DNA of 64,000 nucleotides from Octopus sinensis (taxonomy: Eukaryota), in assembly GCF_006345805.1 (NCBI RefSeq), contig NC_043009.1, positions 9,982,001-10,046,000 on the forward strand, written 5' to 3'. The notes beneath the pieces were generated by a model. The model saw nothing but the letters and a program-made list of their open reading frames with translations, made no database searches and was not told the DNA's origin. Positions 38,626 to 50,610 of this stretch are shown here, in pieces; position 1 is the stretch's first letter; every line of letters starts with the position of its first letter. The position numbers were made by a program, and so were the translations under genes.

Positions 38626-39027
38626 ATGGGGTTCTTTTATGAAGTGATCATGCATTATCTCATAACTTCAAGATTTCAATGATATGATTGTATAATTGTC
38701 GAGAGACATTATAGGGTAGGTGTGTCTTGTTAGATCTACCCAGTTTGAACATAAAATAAGTGGAATATTTGGGCTAGATATTGCTGGTTTAAATTCTAAA
38801 GGCTTCGGATGTAATTACCTATTTCAAACTCACTTTACAGGATCTAGATATGGGTTATAGAGCAATACTTATATAACAATTCACGTATCAAATAAATTTA
38901 GGTGAGGTAGTAATACAAAACTGACAAAATATAATTAAGACATTGAATGTAACTTCAGAATTTTAGAAGCTAAAAATAGAGGAATTGAGCAGAAATGTAG
39001 TTGAGTTAGGTAAGATTAAAGTGAAAT

Positions 39028-39254
39028 GTACTCTTTTACTTGTCTCAGTCATTTGACTGTGGCCATGCTGGAGCACTGCCTTTTTTTAGTCGAGCAAGTC
39101 GACCCCAGCACTTATTCTTTGTAAGCCGAGTACTTATTCTATCAGTCTCTTTTGCCGAACCGCTAAGTTACGGGGACGTAAACACACCAGCCTCGGTTGT
39201 CAAGTGATGTTGGGCAGACAAACACAGATGCACAAATATATACACAAACATACA

Positions 39255-39317
<63 letters not shown>

Positions 39318-39480
39318 TATATATGACGGGCTTCTTTCAGTTTCCGTCTACCAAATCCACTCACAAGGCTTTGGTCGGCCCGAGGCTATATTACTTGCCC
39401 AAGGTGCCACGCAGTGGGACTGAACCCGGAGCCATGTGGTTCATAAGCAAGCTTCTTACCACACAGCCACTCCTACGCCT
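39028..39480 (-). mobile_element. SINE family A copy
   Basis: Full-length reverse-complement match. Confidence 0.87.
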
Positions 39481-39622
39481 ATAAGTATAAGTAGAGTATG
39501 TAAAATGAACAATTGGGAAACGCTATTAAGTATATAATGTGACGGTTGACGGTTCAGTAACCCTGAAGCATTCTTGCAATTCTGCACCATGGTTTTTCTG
39601 ATAATTTTTCCACATATAGAGT

Positions 39623-40013
39623 GGTGCAGGAGTGGCTGTGAGGTAAGTAGCTTGCTTCCCAACCACATGGTTCCGGGTTCAGTCCCACTGCGTGGCACTT
39701 TGGGCAAGTGTCTTCTACTATAGCCTTGGGCCAACCAAAGCCTTGTGAGTGGATTTGGTAGGCGGAAACTGAAAGAAGCCTGTCATATATATGTATGTGT
39801 ATATATATATATACGTGTGTGTGTTTGTCCCCCTAGCATTGCTTGACAACCGATGCTGGTGTGTTTATGTCCCCGTTACTTAGCGGTTCGGCAAAAGAGA
39901 CCGATAGAATAAGTATTGGGCTTACAAAAGAATAAGTCCCTGGGTCGAGTTGCTCGATTAAAGGCGGTGCTCCAGCATGGCCGCAGTCAAATGACTGAAA
40001 CAAGTAAAAGAGT
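39623..40013 (+). mobile_element. SINE family A copy (inverted partner of 39028-39480)
   Basis: Full-length match. Confidence 0.87.
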
Positions 40014-41217
40014 ATTGATAATAATTAGATGTTTATAAGTTTACAAAAGCTGACTCTGATAGGAGTTGCTCGCTTAAAAGTGGTTTTCAAATTGATATTT
40101 GAGACTTTGTTATTCACTGTCTGAAGAGACAGAGTTTAATTACAAACACATACTTACATACAAATATTGCACCACCCTCATACGTATATACATATACCTA
40201 TACATAAACATATATATAGAGATGTATACATGCATACATATGTACACGTGTATACACACACACACACCAAAACAGGACCATTACACATACATACACACAG
40301 AGAAACACAAACGCATATATACATATATTCATTCACATATATTATGAATATGTGAATGAATACACAAATGAATATATGGGTATGTATGTTTGTATTTCTC
40401 TGCATGTAGAGAGGGAGAGGGATGCATACACATACATATACACACAAACACGTACACACACACACACACACACACACATGTTCTGTATATCATCCGAACG
40501 TGGCCGATGCCAGCGCCGCCTAGACTGGCTTCCGTGCCGGTGTCACGTAAAAAGCACCCACTACACTCTCGGAGTGGTTGGTGTTAGGAAGGGCATCAAG
40601 CTGTAGAAACACTGACAGATCAGACTGGAGCCTGGTGCAGCCTTCTGGCTTCCCGGATCCCCGGTCAAACCGTCCAACCCATGATAGCATGGAGAATGGA
40701 CGTTAAATGATGATGATGATATCATGTGGTAATCCTTCAACCAGGAGAAAAACACTTGATCAGCCGAGAGAGTAAAGATAATGTTATTATAAAAAGCCCA
40801 CAAATCTTGTTAAATACAGCTACCCAGGGTATACTAATCGAAATAGTATATTATTTATTAAGTTGGGGAACAAGACTGTCTTGTTCTCAACTTAATAAAC
40901 GGCAAAATAAATTAGTTTTTCAACCAGGGCATCTTGGGTTGGGTAGCTGTATTTAACAAGATTTGTGGTTTTTTTTTAATTATAACTGTGTGAATATATA
41001 TATATATATTTTCACACAGTTATAATAAAAAAATAAGAATGTAAAAATAAGAATGAAAAGCTTTTTAATACCAACAATCAACTTATATATATATATACAT
41101 ATATGTGTATATATACATATGTATATACATATATGTGTATATATACATATGTATATACATGTATCACATATATATATATGTATATATACACATATATACA
41201 AATATGTACATATGTAT

Positions 41218-41256
<39 letters not shown>

Positions 41257-41266
41257 AACACACATA

Positions 41267-41812
41267 TCATCATCATCATCATCGTTTAATGTCCGTTTTC
41301 CACGCTAGCACGGGTTGGACGGTTCGACCGGGGTCTGGGAAGCCGGAGGCTGCACCAGGCTCCAGTCTGATCTGGCAAAGTTTCTACAGCTGGATGCCCT
41401 TCCTAATGCCAACCACTCCGCGAGTGTAGTGGGTGCTTTTTACGTGCCACCTGCACAGATGCCAGGGGGGTCCGGCATCGACCACGATCGGTTGGTGCTT
41501 TTAATGTGCCACCGGCATGAAATCAGCCAAGGCGGCGTTGGCATCGGCCACGTTCAGATGGTGCTTTTTATGTGCCACCGGCACTGGAGCCAGTCGAGGC
41601 AGCGCTGGCATCGGCCACGTTCGGATGGTGCTTTTTATGTGCCACCGGCACAGAAGCCAGTCGAGGTAGCGCTGGCATCGGCCACGTTCGGATGGTGCTT
41701 TTTATGTGCCACCGGCACAGAAGCCAGTCGAGGCAGCGCTGGCATCGGCCACGTTCGGATGGAGCTTTTTATGTGTCACCGGCACAGAAGCCAGTCGAGG
41801 CGGGGTTGGCAC
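41267..41812 (-). repeat. Family E copy with a homogenised 67-bp minisatellite expansion (about 5 units)
   Basis: Repeated GTGCCACCGGCACAGAAGCCAGTCGAGGCAGCGCTGGCATCGGCCACGTTCGGATGGTGCTTTTTAT. Confidence 0.85.
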
Positions 41813-42199
41813 ATACATATCTGTATATCTGTATTTTTTTAAACATGCCCATTAGCTTTACATTCTTATTTTTACATTATAGTTTACCGCACATGTAGAC
41901 GTGCATACACATTGATATGTCTGTCTTTTTTCCCTTTTGTCTCTCTTACGGTTATTTTCCCCCTTTTAAAACTTGCTTGCAAATATCCGATTTTTTCCCT
42001 ATTACTCCACTTGTGTTCTCCCTTATTGTGTCTAATTTTAATTTAGTTTATTTTATTAAACCTTTTTTGATGTCCTTGCAAAAATTCTTCTCACTGATGA
42101 AAATGACAATGCATAAATTTAATTATAACATTTTAATTTGTCAACATTGAAACTTTTACCATTGATAAACAAAAATATTGTTGAAACTATTTTGGTATA

Positions 42200-42413
42200 T
42201 ACTCTTTACTCTTTTACTTGTTTCAGTCATTTGACTGTGGCCATGCTGGAGCACCACCTTTAGTCGAACAAATCGACCCCGGGGCTTATTCTTTGTAAGC
42301 TCAGTACTTATTCTATCGGTCTCTTTTGCCGATCTGCTAAGTGACGGGGACGTAAACACACCAGCATCTGTTGTCAAGCAATGCTAGGGGGACAAACACG
42401 GACACACAAACAT

Positions 42414-42444
<31 letters not shown>

Positions 42445-42608
42445 CGACAGGCTTCTTTCAGTTTCCGTCTACAAAATCCACTCACAAGGCATTGGTCGGC
42501 CCGAGGCTATAGCAGAAGACACTTGCCCAAGATGCCACGCAGTGGGACTGAACCCGGAACCATGTGGTTGGTAAGCAAGCTACTTACCACACAACCACTC
42601 CTGCGCCT
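42200..42608 (-). mobile_element. SINE family A copy
   Basis: Full-length reverse-complement match. Confidence 0.87.
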
Positions 42609-43275
42609 GTAAATATATGTGTAAATAAATGTTTATAAACAATTACAAGTTTTCCAAATTTAGGTACATTTTCAGCAACAAATTTGCCTGTTTTTCCCTG
42701 TATGGAAACACATCTCTTTGCCTATGCACACACACACACACATATATCATTAATTCTGTTGTCTGTTGATGTTGACATTCATGCAGTGTTCGGTTTTTAT
42801 TGTAGCAGCTGATGTGTATTAGTGAGCATATGTGAACGAGCAGCCCCATTCATAGGCTGACAGTAGAATGAAATATTGTTAATCAGGTTCACTATCTTCG
42901 TGGTGTAGACGTGGTTTTATGGCTAAGAAGTTTGCTTTGTAGCCATGTGGTTTACGGTTCAGTCCCACGATGTGGAACTTAGAGCAAGTGTCTTTTACTA
43001 TAACCTCAGATTAATTAAAGCATTGTGAGTGATTTGGTATCCGGGAACCACAAGAAGTCCATCATAAATGTTTGTTTGTTTCTGTCCCTTTGTCTTAAAA
43101 CTATTTGAAATTTGTAAATGATTGTCCCTGTCATACAATCAGTGTAATTCATTTTTCATTTCCAGTCACATGAAATGTCATGATGACAGGGAGTTTACTC
43201 TATTGTTCAGTCTCACTATGTGGAATAACATGACTGGCCATGGATATTTATTACCTTGCTTGGATACAGGTGAGG

Positions 43276-44056
43276 TAAGGTGGCGAGCTGGCAGAATCGT
43301 TAGCATGCTGGGCGAAATGCTTAGCAGTATTTCGTTTGCCATTACATTCTGAGTTCAAATTCCGCCGAGGTCGACTTTGCCTTTCATCCTTTCGGGGTCG
43401 ATAAATTAAGTACCAGTTACGCACTGGAGTCGATGTAATCGACTTAATCCCTTTGTCTGTCCTTGTTTGTCCACTCTATGTTTAGCCCCTTGTGGGTAGT
43501 AAAGCAATAGGTATTTCATCTGCCGTTACGTTCTGAGTTCAAATTCCGCCGAGGTCGACTTTGCCTTTCATCCTTTCGGGGTCGATATATTAAGTACCAG
43601 TTATGCACTGGGGTCGATGTAATTGGCTTAATCCCTCTGTCTGTCCTTGTTTGTCCCTTCTCTGTGTTTAGCCCCTTGTGGGTAGTAAAAAAATAGGTAT
43701 TTAGTCTACCGTTACGTTCTGAGTTCAAATTCTGCCGAGGTCGACTTTGCCTTTCATCTTACGGGGTCGATAAATTAAGTACCAATTACGCACTGGGGTC
43801 GATGTAATCGACTTAATCCATTTGTCTGTCCTTGTTGTCCACTCTATTTGAGCCCCTGTTGGTAGTAAGAAATAGGTATTTCGTCTGCCGATGTTCTGAG
43901 TTCAAATTCCGCCGAGGTCGACTTTGCCTTTCATCCTTTCGGGGTCGATAAATTAAGTACCAGTTACGCACTGGGGTCGATGTAATCGACTTAATCCCTT
44001 TGTCTGTCCTTGTTTGTCCCCTCTATGTTTAGCCCCTTGTGGGTAGTAAAGAAATA
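43276..44056 (+). mobile_element. SINE family B tetramer (one head plus four ~185-bp body units)
   Basis: Junction ...AATA|GGTATTT repeated three times, with 13-bp TSD GATACAGGTGAGG (43263-43275 / 44057-44069). Confidence 0.9.
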
Positions 44057-45196
44057 GATACAGGTGAGGGTTGGCAACAAGAAGGGCATCCAGCTTTCAG
44101 AAATCTTCAGTAAGCTTCTTTCGACCATACGAGCATGGAGAAGCGGACATTAAAATGAGGTCAATAATCATTACCTGTTTTCCATGTAACCATGGGTTTG
44201 ACAAGACTTTGCAAGGCAGTATTCTATGGCTGAGCAACCCTCCTGATACCAAGCCTTGCTTGTTTCTGTGTAGAATACACAGTTCCACTGCTCTTCTTGC
44301 AAATTGAGGGACATAAGCATACATCACTGCTGCCCAAACTGTGTCAGTATGAAGGTGCACAGAGAAATATGCACACAACACACATACACACAAACACACA
44401 CACACATGCAAACACACACATACACACAAAGACACACATACACACACACACACACATACACACACACACACACACACATACACACACACACACACACAAC
44501 ACACTCTATCTGGTATTCAAATAACTGTAACTCTATAGTAACTGTTACTCATAAAAAAGAAATAAAAGAAAATATGTCGCTAATTAGAGTCAAGAGAATT
44601 TGTGCTAATTTGTGTTAATTAATTAATTGTCATTGAGAGTGTAAGTATCTGTTGTATCTAAAATGGATCACTGCCTCTCAAACTAAAGTACATTGCTTTA
44701 TTTTACAGTACCGATAGTGTATTGTGAAGGCATGCGGCCCAGAGGTTAGGCTCTTGTACTCACAGTCACTAGATCATGGGTTCAGTTCTCTGACTGGGTG
44801 GCGTGTTGTGTTCTTGAGCAAAACACTCTATTTCTTCTCTCATTTCTACTATATTCAGAGTATTAATTTCAAATTTTGGCACAAAACCAGAAATTTTGGG
44901 ATAGGGTAAATCAATTAAATTGACCCCTAATACTCAACTGGTACTTATTTTATTGACCCTGAAAGGATGAAAAGCAAATTCAACCCCATCAGCATTTGAG
45001 CTCGGAATGATACAGAGCATCTCAAAATAAGTACAGTAACGAAAGGGTTAAATAGTCACTAAATATACCAGTGAAACTCTATGGAATATACCAGTTTTAC
45101 ATATGAAGTTTTACATTTGAAGTGTTAACACAAAGTACGAAGAAATGCTGCTAAAAATTTTGTCTGGCACAGTAATGGTTCTGCTAGCATGTTGCT

Positions 45197-45425
45197 TTAA
45201 CCCTTTCGTTACTGTATTTATTTTCAGATGCTCTCTGTTTCATTCAAATAATTTTAAATATAACAAAGAATTTAGTAAAAGAGCTTAGTTATCATTAAGC
45301 AAGTGTTAGGAACATAAATGTCGACTAAGGTTTGGTGGAAGATTTTAATTCAAAACTTTTGAAAACAAAACATTTGTACTCGGAGCCAGAGCCGGTTTTA
45401 GCCAGGTTGGTAACGAAAGGGTTAA
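45197..45425. mobile_element. Intact piggyBac-type MITE (family F2)
   Basis: Perfect termini TTAACCCTTTCGTTAC...GTAACGAAAGGGTTAA (TTAA TSD, CCC-starting TIR). Confidence 0.88.
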
Positions 45426-45856
45426 CTATATTTGGAATATTAAGGATAATGCTGATGTATATACAGGATTTTAATGAGTTTTGTAAGGTGATATGGTAAT
45501 TTAAAAAAGTGATGATTAGATATTCAGAAAATCCAGTTATCCCACAACCTTCAGGTTCTAGTAGTGCCAGATAGGAGGGAGTTTGTATTTATTTCTGGTT
45601 TTTAAGATTCTCAGTTAAAATTTTGATTAACCAAAAATTAACCCTATCTAAGCAGCCCTTTCTTTTATCTTTAGCTTGTTTCTGTCTTAAGACTGCAGCC
45701 ATGCTGGGGCACTGTCTTGAAGAATTTTCAGTTGAATGATTCGATCCCAGTGCTTATTTTTATTCCATTGATCTCTTTTGCCGAACGGCTAAGTTATGGG
45801 GATGTAAACACACCAACACTGGTCGTCAAGCAGTGGTCATCAAACATGGACATAAA

Positions 45857-45892
<36 letters not shown>

Positions 45893-46072
45893 TACAGTTG
45901 AGAAAAGGTTGAGAACTACTGGTGTGTGTGAAGAGTGAGATAGATGAGTGGCAGTAATTGTGATGAAGATTTTTGAAATACATAAAAATTATTGAGTATT
46001 AGTTATCTCCCTTTATGTTTTTTTTTTGTTAGTTCAAATCCTATGCGTTTTGTTCTGCTGAGGTCTTTCAAA

Positions 46073-46438
46073 TCTCTCTCTATATAAACGGCAAAATGTC
46101 TGTCTGTGTGTGTGTCCTTTATACAAATCTACAATTTTTCAGTTAGAGGGCTTGCACATTCTATGGTCATTCAAAACCGTCCCAGGGTGGTCGTGCACAT
46201 CTTTACATTTCCCCAGTCACCCCACAAAGCCATTAAAAAATCAATGGAAGTGACTTTTTGTGAATTTTTTATCCAAAACTCAATCAAAATGCCCGAAACT
46301 TGATATGCCAATTGAATGCCAGCTAGCTGTATGTGATTGGTCGGAGAATAGGACAGTACTCGCGTGTATGTGCGCATGCACGCAGCTGTATATGCATGCA
46401 CTAGCACTATGACCTGGCAACGCCGGGTCATAGGCTAG
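46073..46438 (+). mobile_element. Non-autonomous Helitron copy
   Basis: A|TC...CTAG|T, same body as the other two copies. Confidence 0.85.
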
Positions 46439-46667
46439 TATACAGTTTAAAAAATGGTGTAAATTGGTTGAGAGGAGTAGAGAAAAAAAGTCTAATATAT
46501 TGAAGCCAAGCTCTTTGTCAGAGAGTGTGATGATGCTATTCTGATGGTACCACACGAAGTATCTTCCTTTGTCTATAAAACTCATAATTATGCCAATATG
46601 TGTGAAGTCATAATTATTTTCTTTTGCGACACTCCATGACTGATTGATCCTTTTATTCTTTTGACAG

Positions 46668-46748
46668 CTACTGATCGGATCCTACCGTGCTGGCTACAAC
46701 TACCTTTGTCAGCCTGTTTCATACAGCCTTGATCCAAACGAGATGAGA
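46668..46748 (+). CDS. elovl4: Elovl4-like exon, 81 bp (LLIGSYRAGYNYLCQPVSYSLDPNEMR)
   Basis: ttttgacag| acceptor and |gtaagt donor, GYxYxCQPV motif, frame continuous with flanking exons. Absent from the ORF track. Confidence 0.95.
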
Positions 46749-46984
46749 GTAAGTATGACTTTTATGTTTTCTCGTAAAATGTTTTGAAAATTTATGAGTT
46801 TTAAATTTATGATCTTTGAATTGATATTTTATATAGAGGCGCAGGTGGGGCTGTGTGGTAAGAAGCTTGCTTCTCAACCACATGATTCTAGGTTCAGTCT
46901 CACTGCATGGCACCTTGGATGCTTGAGTGGATTTGGTTGACAGGAACTGAAAGAAGTCTGTTGTATATATATATATGTGTGTGC

Positions 46985-47457
46985 AAGCTGGCAGAAACGT
47001 TAGCACACCGGGTGAAATGCACTGAGGTCGATATAATCGACTTAATCCGTTTGTCTGTCCTTGTTTGTCCCCTCTGTGTTTAGCCCCTTGTGGGTAGTAA
47101 AGAAATAGGTAATTCTTCTGCCGTTACGTTCTGAGTTCAAATTCCGCCGAGGTTGACTTTGCCTTTCATCCTTTCGGGGTCGATTAAATAAGTACCAGTT
47201 ACGCACTGGTGTCGATATAATCGACTTAATCCGTTTGTCTGTCCTTGTTTCTCCTCTCTGTGTTTAACCCCTTGTGGGTAGTCTGCCGTTACGTTCTGTG
47301 TTCAAATTCCGCCGAGGTCGACTTTGCCTTTCAGCATTTTGGGGTCGATAAATTAAGTACCAGTTATGCACTGGGGTCGATATAATCGACTTAATCCGTT
47401 TGTCTGTCCTTGTTTGTCCTCTGTGTTTAGCCCCTCGTGGGTAGTAAAGAAATAGGT
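46985..47457 (+). mobile_element. SINE family B trimer (first unit internally deleted)
   Basis: Three tandem tails GCCCCTTGTGGGTAG; same type of junction at about 47107. Confidence 0.82.
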
Positions 47458-48231
47458 ATATAGGAGTGTATGGTATGTGTTGGTGTTTGTGTCTCTTTGT
47501 CATGATATCATATGATACTCACAAAAGGGTGTCACTGATATGGAAACGATATCTTTCACTTCCCATGTTATAAAAGTATGCCTTGCTATGGGGAAATATT
47601 ACCTTACTTTGAAACAATGTTGGTAAAGAAGAAGGCCATCACCCTGTAGAAAATCCACTTCAGTGAATTCTGTCTGACTCCTCAAGCATGGAAAAGTGAA
47701 CATTATCTCTTTCGTATTCAGATTACTCTGTCAAACGTAATACCTGTTTATTCATGTTGTTTTGAATTAGTCATGCATTGTCTCATAGCTTCAAGATATC
47801 AATGATGTGATTGTTTACTTTTAGACTGACAGGATAGGTGTAAGAAGCTGGACCTGGCCAGTTTGAACATAAACCAGGTAGAATATTTTAGCCAGGTATG
47901 GCTAGTTTAAATGCTGAAATGGTTAAAATGGTGATGACTACTTCACTGCATGACGTATTTGTGAATGAGCCAATGAGACTTATGCAGTTGCTCAGTTTGC
48001 TAGAAATAGCACTGAAACAAAAGGATCCCCTGTCTCCCTCCCCAAATTTCTACTTTGCCCCCAGTCCTAACCCACATCCTTTCTTGCGCTGTCTCATGGC
48101 TTGAATTGTTTCCATGGATATTTGGTAACGAAAGACACCACTTGTATGACAACAACCACATGTTATCCAAAGCAAGGACACATGATATCAAGACAAGGAC
48201 ACAAGGCTTAGGTTGACTTGGGGCTACAGTT

Positions 48232-48569
48232 TAGAGCCCCTTCGGTCATGACTGACCATGGGATTGTACCTAGAAAGTTACCCCCCCAGGCACAAGTCCG
48301 GGCAAGGTTGTTTATGGAAGACCAGCAGTCGCCCATGCATACCGGCCTCCCCTCTCCATGCCACCAGTGTTATCGAAGGGAAAGGCAAAGGAGCCGATAC
48401 AGCTTGGCACCTGTGACATCACAACTCATTTCTACAGCTGAGTGAACTGGAGCAACGTGAAATGAAGTGTCTTGCTCTAGAACACAACATGCAGCCCGGT
48501 CCGGGATTCGAACTCACAACCTCATGATTGTAAGCTCGATGCTCTAACCACTGAGCCATGCACCTTCAC
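48232..48569 (-). mobile_element. SINE family C copy
   Basis: Reverse complement of 6853-7170. Confidence 0.85.
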
Positions 48570-49414
48570 TACAGCAGAAGACTTCTTTTTCCCCACACAT
48601 CCATGCTTGTGCTCTGCCGCCCACTGATAATCTTGATTGTATTACTACAGTGTTGAATCACTTTTGAGATGCGTCTGATTATTTGGTCAGGCGCCACTCT
48701 GCCTTCAGGTTCCCAATTTGTTTCTGTGTCTACAGATTCTGCTGAATGAATTGTCTTGTCAGTGTGGTCTGCTCTGTTCTGCTCTAATTAGTGGGCGTCA
48801 TTGTTACTGCATGGCCCAGACATTCTCAGAGATTGTTGCAGACACTGGTTGTTGGTTGGCCTACTTCTTTATTTTATCATTTTGGGACAACTAAAGTTAT
48901 GCAAATTGTCTGAAAAGATTAGATAGGATACTTAAAGCTGGAATGTCATTGAACATGAAATCTGATCTCAAGTCAGGAATCAAATAAATTCGTACCACTT
49001 GAGTGCATGATCATGTCATTGTCCCACATAAAAATAGCCGTGAAATAGAATGTTTCAATAATTTTTACTCATACTTTGAGGGACGTAGTAACCAGATTAA
49101 AATGGTGATTAGAATATTACTGAGCAATTACTATCATAAAATCCTCATATCTTCATTAGTTAATGCCCATTTTTCTTTGCTTGCATGAGTCAGAGGGAAT
49201 TTTATTCAGGCAGATTTTCTACAGCTGGATGCTCTTCCTGATGCTAACCCTCACCTGTTTCCAAATTAGTAATATTTCCCCAGGACTAGACAAATTTTCA
49301 ACAAAGATTGGAAATGAAAGATAGCGACATTCATTTACTACCATCATGTGATATCAAAACAAAGAGACAGTAACAAACATACACACACACATATATATAA
49401 TTCATATATACATA

Positions 49415-49654
49415 CAGGGTTGGCCAAAAGTCACCGGACAGTAAATCAAAATTCCATAAATACTTAATATTCCATTTTATTTATTCATTCCAATTATGAA
49501 TGTTTAATAATTGAATGCTGTGAGTGAAAATCACCATTTTTTTTTTTCAAAATTTGTCTATTTATTAGCGAAATACCATTCAGTTGTTAAACATGAATAA
49601 ATCTTGGAATTAAATGTTTTTGATTTACTGTCAGGTGACTTTTAGCCAACCCTG
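49415..49654. mobile_element. Tc1/mariner MITE
   Basis: About 37-bp TIRs CAGGGTTGGCCAAAAGTCACCGGACAGTAAATCAAAA and its reverse complement, TA TSD. Confidence 0.88.
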
Positions 49655-49686
49655 TATATATATATATATATATATATGTGTTCTCT

Positions 49687-49741
<55 letters not shown>

Positions 49742-49840
49742 AGATTACAGTGAAAAATTGGATATTAATTTGATTAACATCAAATTAAAACCAGTGGTCT
49801 AGCATATTAAAAGCTGAAGGTTCAGTAAATTGTATTACAT

Positions 49841-50133
49841 ACATATGAGAGGGATGACCACTATGTGGACAACCCTAATGCTAGAAGTAGATCTGCTATA
49901 GTCTTACCACTAAGAAATGTTCTCAAGAAAAATAAGCAAATGCCAGAACGTAAGCGAGTAAGACAAATGAAAAGTAACAAGAGTAACAAAAATATGTTAC
50001 TTTTCATTTGTCTTACTTGCTTACGTTCTGGTGTTTGCTAAATTTTCTTGAGAACATTTCTTAGTGGTAAGACTATAGCGGATCTATTTCTAGCATAAGA
50101 GTTGTCCACATAGTGGTCATCCCTCTCATATGT
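49841..50133. repeat. Long palindrome, 139-bp arms with a 15-nt loop
   Basis: 49841-49979 is the near-perfect reverse complement of 49995-50133. Confidence 0.92.
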
Positions 50134-50409
50134 GTGTATGTATATATATCATCATCATCATCGTTTAACGTCCGTTTTTCATGCTAGCATAGGTTGGACG
50201 GTTCAACTGGGATCTGGGAAGCCAGGAAGCTGCACCAGGCTCCAGTCTGATCTGGCAGTGTTTCTACAGCTGGATGCCCTTCCTAACGCCAACCACTCCG
50301 TGAGTGTAGTGGGTGTTTTTTACGTGCCAGGCGAGGCTGGCAACGACCACGATCGGTTGGTGCTTTTTACGTGCCACCGGCATGGAAGCCAGTCAAGGCT
50401 TATGTGACT

Positions 50410-50610
50410 GTGTGTACCGTTGGCAATTTTTTTTTTCCTCTGTCTTCCCTTCTCTGGATCTTTCCTTCTATGTTTCCAACGAAGAGCTCCGCTTGAAACG
50501 TTAAACCCTCCTTCTTCCCTTCTTTCCTGAGCGTCCAATAATACTATATTTGTTCCACGTCCTCGCGTTGTTGTGTTTTTTTTTTGTGTTTTCTTGTTTG
50601 GATTAACTAT
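50410..50610 (+). mobile_element. Penelope-like terminal fragment with a degenerate minimal hammerhead motif
   Basis: GTTT-CCAACGA-AGAGC-TCC-GCTT-GAAAC-GTTA-AAC at 50472-50506, pyrimidine-rich body ending in (TA)n. Confidence 0.55.

Noticed and set aside
43510-44056. Classical hammerhead retrozyme explanation for the ~185-bp tandem units
   Set aside because: No CTGAnGA core was found on either strand of the unit.
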